A stretch of DNA of 63,145 nucleotides, filler included, from Octopus bimaculoides (Eukaryota): NCBI RefSeq assembly GCF_001194135.2. It is 6 parts of 6 records of this genome, joined end to end, with 100 filler letters (N's around TTAATTAATTAA, not from the genome) between each part and the next. Parts side by side here need not be neighbours in the genome. Positions count along the whole stretch, not along the records: positions 50,128 to 58,678 come from NC_068997.1; positions 58,779 to 60,840 come from NC_068994.1; positions 60,941 to 63,145 come from NC_069000.1; 3 more parts are not named here. One strand, given 5' to 3'. Below, one piece after another: positions 53,261-63,145 of this stretch. Position numbers and translations under genes: made by a program. The notes beneath the pieces were generated by a model. It saw only the letters and a list, made by a program, of their open reading frames with translations. It was not told the origin of the DNA and did not search any database. How positions within the stretch are numbered: the first letter of the stretch is position 1; every line of letters starts with the position of its first letter.

Positions 53261-54493
53261 GTGCGCGTTTGAATAACTGGCACTCAGTCGATTACGATGA
53301 CGAAGGTTCCAGCTGATCCGATCAATGGACCAGCCTTCTCGTGATATTAACGTGCAAGTGGCTGAAGAGCACTCTACAGACACGCGCGTACCCTTAACGT
53401 CATGCTGAGGGAGTTTCAGCGTGATGCGTAATGGAAGGAGGCCGGTCCTTTGAAATACAGATACTATTCACTTTTGCCGGCTTAGTGCACTGGAGCAGTG
53501 TGAAAAAAGTATGTTGCTCAAAGGCACAATGTGCCGCCAGGAATCGAACTTACGGCCTTAAGATCATGAGCCGAATACCCTAAACACTAATTCTCGCGCC
53601 TTCAGTTTGTGTATTCTATCTAATAAACAATATGATTAGTTGAAATATGGACAAGGAGAAATGCTTAGATACACAGTCTACCTTTGTGGATTAGAACTGA
53701 TCATTAAACTAGTGATTCTTTCATCTTATGCCGGATGTAATTTTAATTAAAATTTCTAGGCCTACTGTATTAATTATGTTATTATTGACTTTGTCATTTG
53801 TGTTTCATTAAAAATAATATTCAGATTGTTTTGTTCTCATATTTGTTTTTTACGTTAAATAATTTCCCATTACTTATGTACGGATAATTGTTTCTTTGAT
53901 TAACAAACATTAGTGAAAGTTGGCCAACGACATGACATAAAGATATTATCAAAGTAAAAAAATTACAATGTTCGACTTTACGCTAGAGGAAGAAAACGTA
54001 TTTTCTGTTTCTGTTTCTACCGTATGAGAGTTATTACAGAGAGACAGATGTAAAGCCTTCTTCAGTAACAAATCACTGAATGATATCTACGACTGCGATT
54101 TGCTATAGTTACATAAATCCGTATGTAATTGTAGCATTTGCTGGTTTGAATAGTAAGTACTTGGATACTAGTAATATGTGAGGTGTGATTAAATAATCAA
54201 GAATATATTCATATGTATTAACTATGAAATCAGTTACTATCATTTACAGCATCGTGGTCAAAAACAATGAAATTTCTCCTTTCAAATATGCATGATCCAA
54301 AAGGCCTATTGGATGTGAGAGTCCGCGCCACCAGTAGAGGATCCAATGTTAACGGTTAGAAACGAAATTGCGATTGATCCATTGGCTGATGACTGATGAG
54401 GGGTTGGCGACCATCTGTATCTGTTTCCTGTTTGTGCATTTATTATACGTTTTAACTCAGTGTATATATATATACATATATACATACATGTTC

Positions 54494-54527
<34 letters not shown>

Positions 54528-57005
54528 NNNNNNNNNNNNNNNNNNNNNNNNNNNNNNNNNNNNNNNNNNNNNNNNNNNNNNNNNNNNNNNNATATATATA
54601 TATATATATATATATATGTTTGTGTGTGCATGTAATATATACATGCATGCATCAATGCCTACATACATACAAACATAAATATATACATGCATACATGTAT
54701 ACATTCATACACACTTATATAACATGCATTGTAATGCTACTGTACTAATTGTTGTCAAATTGTCAAACTTGTAGGACTATGCAAATGAACTTGTACTTTG
54801 ATACACACACATCTACAATTTAATAAGTAGCCATCAGTTATCTTCACTGTTTGTGTTGGAGGGAAAGGTGTGTATATCCTGGATAAATTTTCACATAATA
54901 AAATATATGGGTTCGATTCTCATCGTTAGTTAGAGGATAATGCATCGTGGGTCTAATTTCGCAGAAACTAAATATGCATGGACATGTTTCTATGTATTCA
55001 TCTATTCCAAACAAGTAAATACAAGTGATCTCCCCTGTATTTCTTCAAGTATTTCGAAGAAATATAGTGATAATTCAGTATTACGCCCTTAGTGCTGTTT
55101 GATATTTGTGGTAGGTAATTAATACAAATTGTTTTCTGGAAGCTTGCTATTTAATCACTCTATTCAGTATACAGCTTACTCTATTTCATTGATGATGCGA
55201 GGACAGGAACTTGGTATAAATATTCACGTCAAGAGAGATTTATATATGGTTGTTGCTGTTTGAAAGGAAAAGCTGTTTCTGTGGACGTAATCTCAAATCT
55301 GCATGAGTAGATATAATAGTTTACTATCGAGACATCCGAGTAAAAATCGAGTCCCATTTTCCTAAACCCCGGCTTTGCTAATCGATCAATGTTAAGTACA
55401 AAAATCTAATCAATGAAAATAGTTTAATATGTCCTTTAATTTCTTGCATCAACTATAAAGGTTTCTACAAATTAAGAACTGAATTGCCCACTGTAAAGGT
55501 TTTAAATACCTTTAGCCTAATTACTTGTACCTGAATGTAACTATTATCTACTGTACCCACTGTACAATATGTCAGTAAGCTCCTATGTAATTAGCTGTAT
55601 CTACTTGAAATAGTCACACTATCGTCCTACGTAATTAACTCTTTTCTCGCAAGAACTTTTCAATTGCTTTGATATAATTAAATGGAGCTAAACGAAAACA
55701 GAATATGTTGCTGCTTAATTAACTCTATCGAATCAAGAACGCTTCGAGATCTTTCTATATAATTAATTGTACGCAATTTAAAACTTATTTACACCTTTAA
55801 ACATAATTTAATTCATGGAATCTACAAATTATCAACACATTTGTACATAATTAATTGTACATAATCTGGAAGAGTTCACAACTTCCTTCATTTCCTGCTT
55901 GCTATCAAGAAACTGATGGCAAACTTTTACATATTTAACTGTATCATGCTTAAATAGATTGCAATTCCATATCACTATCACAGGTTTTATCGTGCTCATG
56001 TCTCCTAAACACATGATAATTTCATTTTCTCTCTTCTAAATTAACAGTATTTAAGCAACCTCTAACAAAATTAATTGTATTCTTTTAAAAATATTTCCAG
56101 AGTTTTCTACATAAATCATTGTAGCTAATCTAGAATTCTCCCCATCCTTAATAACGAGTAATTCGGTCCAGCAGCTCCTACGACATTCCAATATAATTAA
56201 TTGGAACTAATTTGGAATATTTTAATAAACCTCAACGTTCAAAATTTCCTTCCTTCATTACATAGCCACATAATTAATTAGAGACAATTTTAATTAATGC
56301 AATTTTTCTATTGCAGAACGTCTTGTTTCTGAGACTGCCAACCAAATAATCTGGAAATACAATCGAGGAATTGGGATTTTAATATTTACATTACATACAG
56401 TTATAGGGGGTACATGTTTTGAATATGGTTATTTCAAAACTGCTGATGGAAGTTATTGGTACAAGTTATTGGTGCAAACGGTGGCATGACTGAATTTGGT
56501 AATATCCCAATTGCAAGTAAAGAAGTACCTTTGGTTTTCTCTCTTTGATCATCATCATCATCATCATCGTCGTTGTCGTTGCCGTCGTCAACGTCGGTAT
56601 CATCATCATCATCATCATCATCATAATCATCATCATGAATTAGTATTAGGAAAAATGATTAGTATGATATAACAGCGACTATTTTAAAAAATGGTGTTTG
56701 ATATATAAACAGGAAAAAAGGCATTACGGAATTGTGAATTTCTAAGATCTTATTAGTGTTGTGATCTCCGCTAATTAAAGAATTAATTGAGAATAAATTC
56801 CAGTATATTCATCAGTTCAGGTGTCGTTTCATTATTGATCGCGGTGGAATTGTGTTCTCAACGAACCGAAAGCACAAATGACTTGTGATTTTATAATTAC
56901 CAATCCAATAAACACGTTAATGTTCTTGAGAAGAGCATATACAACACTATGTCTCGTTTGCATCATAAGCTTTTCTTATATTTCACAATGCGAATTAAGC
57001 AGCAC

Positions 57006-57102
57006 TTAAAGGAATATCCACCCACTGGTGAGGTCAATGCGATATTGTTCAGCTTGAAAATCTATCGGTATTTCATTGAAGGAATACTTGAGGTCTGATG
57101 TT
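57006..57102 (-). other. Possible exon encoding a cadherin-repeat-like peptide
   Basis: Strong acceptor TTTTTCTCCTTTCTCTCCCAG. One frame reads TSDLKYSFNEIPIDFQAEQYRIDLTSGWIFL* (YSF-x11-YxIDxxSGxIxL) but ends in a stop, and no partner exons are confirmed. Confidence 0.25.
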
Positions 57103-57968
57103 CTGGGAGAGAAAGGAGAAAAAATACATAATGAAATACATGGGTAAATAAAGTGAACCAGATGTGAAAACTCAGTGAGAGTGCGATGCGTGTAACATTT
57201 GTATTAACTTCCGGACAACTGTTATTGCTTACCAAAAGTTGTCTGACAAATCTTAAATTCTTTCTTTAAACTGTATTACAAATGATATGTACGTCTGATA
57301 TTCTCTGCGTTTTCAATTTTTATTCACTTTTACATTTACTTAATGAATGTATAAGTAGTAAGAGCTATTCATTCGACCAAACCCTCACCATGGCTACAAT
57401 CTGATGACTGAAACAACTAAAAGATAAAATATGGAAGATAATTCACTAGGTTTATCATTTATCATTTATCATTATACTGCTTAAAGACGTTAATGCCATT
57501 TACCATTTAATAACTAAACCTGTTCTTGAAAGAGCACCACAGAAGAACTTACCATTGCTTAACGTTTCCAGGGAGTGTTGCACTTGAGTAGTTTCTAAAT
57601 GTGTTCTCCAGCACCACATAAAATGTTAAACCTTAACATTGCCAGTTCATGAAGTGCTTGCCATACATCATTACTTAAATATTAAGACGTTCATATATTC
57701 AGTAGATAAACCTTTAAGATAACTAAATTTAGCTTCAAAAATCCCACTTGAATGATTATATTTAAGATTACGTAACTTAGTTGAACACGAGCGAGACTAA
57801 AACCACTATTATGATCAACTCTTTAAATTGTCTTCAATATTGAATGGACAATAATGGTTTGAGTGTCTCACAAAATACCTACACGCACGCATGTATTATG
57901 TCCTACTTTCGACGGTAAAATATGAGCGGGTTTATGCTAACATGCACAAACACACAGAGCATAATTGT

Positions 57969-58004
<36 letters not shown>

Positions 58005-58603
58005 NNNNNNNNNNNNNNNNNNNNNNNNNNNNNNNNNNNNNNNNNNNNNNNNNNNNNNNNNNNNNNNNNNNNNNNNNNNNNNNNNNNNNNNNNNNNNNNN
58101 NNNNNNNNNNNNNNNNNNNNNNNNNNNNNNNNNNNNNNNNNNNNNNNNNNNNNNNNNNNNNNNNNNNNNNNNNNNNNNNNNNNNNNNATATATATTTCAG
58201 TATAAAGAATTCATTAAGATGCTTAAATCAAAATTTCTTTACACATCATTCAGGAACAGACATAACATCAGAAAAAATACATTCCGTTTAAAAACACAAA
58301 CCGTTCATGGCGAAAACATACTTATTTTTGGTTTTGATAATTTCATTGTTTATTTCTCCTATAGCAGAACTTTGTTATGATCGGGTATTAAGGTCTGGGT
58401 TTTAGTATTTTTTGTTCTGCTATTGCTCTATTTAGTTATTCGTACATCTGTTCATATACATGTGCAAGTGTATATACATATGCATAGGTATACGTGGAAA
58501 AATGTGTGTATTTATGTGTATGTATGTATGTATACGTGTGTGTATATGGGTATATGGGTATGTGTATGTATGTATGTATATGTGTCTATGTACTTATATG
58601 TAG

Positions 58604-58678
<75 letters not shown>

Positions 58679-60338
58679 NNNNNNNNNNNNNNNNNNNNNN
58701 NNNNNNNNNNNNNNNNNNNNNNTTAATTAATTAANNNNNNNNNNNNNNNNNNNNNNNNNNNNNNNNNNNNNNNNNNNNTATATATATATATATATATATA
58801 TTCACATAAGTGTATAGTATTTATATACAGAGAGGTGACCCTTTACAGGAAGCCTTACATACTAGAGAGGGCAGCCCAAACCACGAAAAAAGTAATTTCA
58901 AAGAGAATGAAAACAATTATTTATAGTTAATACTAAACTCGAGTTTCTGTATTAATGAACAAATGAATTAATTTGCTATATGTAGAATAGTTCCACACAA
59001 AAGACAAAACATTTCCTGAACGCCTACACATACAGTAACCCTCATCAATTGATCGATCAGTTTTCAGAAGTCAAGCAAACCCACAACTATTACTGCTCTG
59101 AACTCACCGCTTACATACTACTCAAGTCTACTCTACGCACTTATTTGTCTTCCTTTTGCTACCTATATAAGGGTCACATTTCACAGATACGGAATTACAC
59201 AATTGACCATGCACAAATTATCCTCCACTAGTTTATGGATTAAAGACATGGTTTATTTAACCGCCGACGTAGTTTAACCCTAATTTGTTTTAGCAGAGTC
59301 AGTTGATGCAACTTGGGTTAGAGCTTATTTCGTCCTTTTCCTCCTTATCAGTTTCGAAGTACCTGTAAAGATTCACGGGAAATACTCTTCTTACTAAGCC
59401 ATAAAATCTTTAAAATCGAAATAAGTAGTCGTAAGAAAATGGGTATTAACGACTGTCACGATGTGCTTTTTTTTACAATCAGAGTAGAATTATATGAAAA
59501 TATAATCTGAAAACAATTTCTCATCTCAAATTCAATATAACACACGCCCTTTATGAAATGCACAGCCTATTGCGATATTACACTGGTAGGGCTGCTGCAT
59601 TTCTGTTTCATCCGTAAGAAATTTGTCACTTTTTTTTATTTTGTTCATAATTTCGGCTCAACGATCAGAAAATTCACATTTATAATTTCTTTTTGTTCTT
59701 TATCGGTTAGAATTACAATTTTATAGCTGCCTCGTCAAAGTATATGATTCAAGGATCTTTATGTTGTAGTGTTGATAAATATAATGAACTATAACAATTT
59801 CATTTTTTTTTTCTCATTAACATAGGTTCGGTTATATTTAGATAGATTTGTCACCTGTTGCTCAATGAGCTTTGAACTTTCATAATAATATTCCAACAAC
59901 TCCGAAAAGATGTTTTCAGAAAATTTTGAATTCGTTTTTTCTTTCGCAGAAAGTAGAATACGTAAAGCTTAAGACCAAGGGAAACTACTCTGTAAAACAA
60001 CCAACCGATGTAAGGGAAACTATTCATAATCATAGTTTTCAAGAGTCCGCAACTCAGATCAATTTTATCAGGTAGCGTCAGGAATTCCCTATTCCGGATT
60101 AGCTTTAGCAAGCTCTCAATTTTATGTTCGATTTCTCTAAAAATGAAAATATAATTAAGCGGTCGTCCTCTTTTGTTACGATACCGAAGTCTCCGAAATA
60201 TCAAATTCGTTATGTTCATAACACTGCTTTGACCTATTTATCGCATATACACACATACGCACACATACACATACTGTATATACGCGCGCTCGCATACATA
60301 CACATACGATATTATTGTTATTATTATCATTATTATTA

Positions 60339-60544
60339 AGGCGGCGAGCTGACAGAATCGTTAGCACGCAGGACGAACTACTTAGCAGTATTTCGTTTGT
60401 CTTTACGTTCTGAGTTCACATTCCGACGTGTTCGACTTTGCCTTTCATCCTTTCGGGGTCGATAAATGAAGTCAAATACTGAGGTCGATGAAATCGACTA
60501 GTCCCTTCCCACACAAAATTTCAGGCCTCGTGCCTTTATTAGAA

Positions 60545-60548
<4 letters not shown>
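60339..60548 (+). mobile_element. Full-length Nin/Deu-domain tRNA SINE with (ATT)n tail
   Basis: GGCGGCGAGCTGACAGAATCGTTAGC head, GAGTTCACATTCC B box, GCCTTTCATCCTTTCGGGGTCGATAAAT domain. Confidence 0.8.
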
Positions 60549-60595
<47 letters not shown>

Positions 60596-60840
60596 GTTCA
60601 GTAGTTTTATTTTTATAACGTGCTTTCACTTCACTACCGAGCGCAGCTCTGTGCGCCTTGGGTATGTTCTGTGGTTTGCTGTGGTGCTCTTATGTTTACT
60701 GTATTGAAAGTGTTTTGCGTAGAATGTGTGCAGTACCCAGTAGTGCAATTTTCTGTATGTTATATATATTTGTAAGTCCTGGTGTTTTTGTTATGTATTT
60801 GTCTGAATATTTTTTTATTATACCTAAAGCACCTACTATG
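60596..60840 (-). mobile_element. Dong/R4 3' end, second copy, cut by an assembly join
   Basis: Reverse complement of about 61540-61781 with roughly 3 differences; abuts the (ATT)n tail of the SINE at 60339. Confidence 0.8.
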
Positions 60841-61430
60841 NNNNNNNNNNNNNNNNNNNNNNNNNNNNNNNNNNNNNNNNNNNNTTAATTAATTAANNNN
60901 NNNNNNNNNNNNNNNNNNNNNNNNNNNNNNNNNNNNNNNNACCACCACCACCACCACCACCACCACATGCTACAACCACTAAACGTACAACCATCGAACA
61001 TGGGAACCTCGACATGTTCATACATACATGTACATATATATGCAAACACACACGCATTCATTTATGCATGTATACATATGCGTGAGTTTATGCTTCTATG
61101 TTTATGCACACATGCACACGTGCAGGTATGTATGGTATGCCTGCACGTATGCATGTACTTATCTGTGCATTTCTCACTGCACACATCATCATCATCATCA
61201 TCGTCATCATCAGAAACTCATCTCTTTATAAATATATTCAACATCAATCTTTATTACATTACACTAACAACAACAACAATAATAATAATAATAATAATCC
61301 TTTCTACTAAAAACAAGGCTTGGAATTTTGGGGAAGGGACTTGTCGATCACATCGGCCCCAGTGTTTCACTGGTACTTAATTTATCGACCTCGAAAGGAT
61401 GAAAGGTAAAGACTAATAATGATAACAACA

Positions 61431-61496
<66 letters not shown>

Positions 61497-61777
61497 GATA
61501 ACTCGAATGTGGAATCTAAAAACAGAAACAATTCCTATCATAGTAGGTGCCTTAGGTATAATAAAAAAATATTCAGACAAATACATAACAAAAACACCAG
61601 GACTTACAAATATATATAACATACAGAAAATTGCACTACTGGGTACTGCACACATTCTACGCAAAACACTTTCAATACAGTAAACATAAGAGCACCACAG
61701 CAAACCACAGCACATACCCAAGGCGCACAGAGCTGCGCTCGGTAGTGAAGTGAAAGCACGTTATAAAAATAAAACTA

Positions 61778-61781
<4 letters not shown>
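61497..61781 (+). mobile_element. 5'-truncated Dong/R4-clade non-LTR retrotransposon inserted in (TAA)n
   Basis: Open frame 61498-61683 ITRMWNLKTETIPIIVGALGIIKKYSDKYITKTPGLTNIYNIQKIALLGTAHILRKTLSIQ* matches the C-terminus of R4/Dong restriction-like-endonuclease ORFs. Short 3' UTR, (TAA)n on both sides. Confidence 0.8.
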
Positions 61782-61835
<54 letters not shown>

Positions 61836-61956
61836 GAAAAACCAAATATATGGCACCCCAGGCATAACACCAACATGAACGTCTGACTTGTTGTCTCTTG
61901 AGGCCTTTGGGTGAGACTTGGAGTCAACTTGTACAAATACAAAGCAAAAGCCAAAC

Positions 61957-62027
<71 letters not shown>

Positions 62028-63145
62028 TAACCACTAGCAATGCTACTATAACATTAGCTGTCACTACTTCAACTAATACTGCATGTACAACTACTACAAC
62101 AACCACTATTGCTACTACTACAGTTACAACCACTATCAACACTGCTACTACTAATGCGGTGCTGCTGCTGCTACTACTACTACTACTACTACTTCTAGTA
62201 TTACTGTACTACTAGGTGGTCGTTTAACATGCTAGATAGAGTAGCCTAATCTTGCTCAAATCGTACCTCAGTGTTTTAAGAAAAGGAGGGCGAACCGTTT
62301 GATAATGTAGCTCCAGAGAGCTCAAAGAAAGACGAGATGGTTGCGGCCGGATTGACAAACACAGATTATAACTACACGACTCTAACATCCTGTATACAAA
62401 AAAACATCAGCAACAACGTACCAAACAAGTTGTTACATGACCACCGAGATGACGATTCGATCTCAAGTTGTTGGGTTTACTCTGACAGGAACTCTTGTCA
62501 TAAATAACAGAAGTGGATGGGAGGGGGAGAGGGAAAGAGAGAGAGATAGAGACAGATAGACAGACAGAGATGGCAGCAGGGATAGAGAAGAACATAGAGG
62601 GGTGGTTGTAGTGATAAACAGGGTGGGAAAAGGGTGGATACGAAAGGGGTTCACGGTTAAAACATGAAAGTTTCTTGCAAAACATCTGTAGTGGTAATTA
62701 CAGGGTGTACGGGTATGGGGGGTAGGGGCGGGGGATATTACGTGGGGGTAGAGTGGGGTGGAATGTTGGTATGGGTAGATATTCTAATTCAGCTTATTAT
62801 ATTTCCACAAAATATACCCAGGTACATTCTTGTGTGTATCTCTCTCTCTATATAGATAGATAGATGGACATGTGTGTATATGTATGTATATATGTGAGCA
62901 TGTATTAATATATGTACGTGTGTGTGTATGCATGTCCGTGCATGCATGTGTGTGTGTGCGTGCGTGTTGAGCCCTATCTGGGACCTTGTTTCGTGGTCTT
63001 ACGTCACATGATCTCGAGTTACCAGTATAGATCTGGGACTTGCATGTCGAAGTATATTCTTTCTTTGTCTCATCTCCACCTCCACCCCATCTTCCTTTCT
63101 TTTTTCCGTTCATTTGAGCCTACACGTATACAACACACACACACA

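Noticed and set aside
894-58734. Long ORFs full of X, or of YI/CV/HT dipeptide runs, in the ORF track
   Set aside because: They are read-through of N gaps and of (AT)n/(CA)n microsatellites, not genes.
58927-58962. Palindrome around AAACTCGAGTTT resembling the HHR-3 stem III
   Set aside because: No CUGANGA upstream on either strand; a simple hairpin.
59950-60010. AG/GTAAGG-bounded frame KVEYVKLKTKGNYSVKQPTD
   Set aside because: Short, with no recognisable homology or neighbouring exons.

Overview
AT-rich, microsatellite- and SINE-saturated animal genomic DNA. The repeat content points to an octopod cephalopod, probably Octopus (inference). The window is at least six pieces joined by artificial 100-bp spacers (N44-TTAATTAATTAA-N44) and has many ordinary N gaps, so most entries in the ORF track are microsatellite or gap artefacts. 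The only protein-coding gene I can support is a spliced NRAMP/SLC11 (DMT1/Malvolio-type) metal transporter on the + strand. Three consecutive exons (40496-40618, 42414-42579, 46863-46923) splice in frame; its other exons were not found. The rest is mobile DNA: Nin/Deu-domain, CORE-like and Meta-domain SINEs; RTE, Tx1 and Dong/R4 LINE fragments; two Tc1/mariner relics; hAT, pogo and Merlin-like MITEs. Most interesting: (1) two different, structurally complete type I hammerhead ribozymes with palindromic stem III, in tandem 307 nt apart and antisense in an NRAMP intron, plus a variant and several relic hammerheads elsewhere; (2) a 31-nt copy of NRAMP exon sequence templated into the upstream intron with a 20-bp flanking duplication; (3) Merlin-like MITEs carrying TTAGGG repeats, one converted into a fold-back palindrome; (4) young Dong/R4 insertions in (TAA)n arrays. 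All alignments and folds were done by eye.
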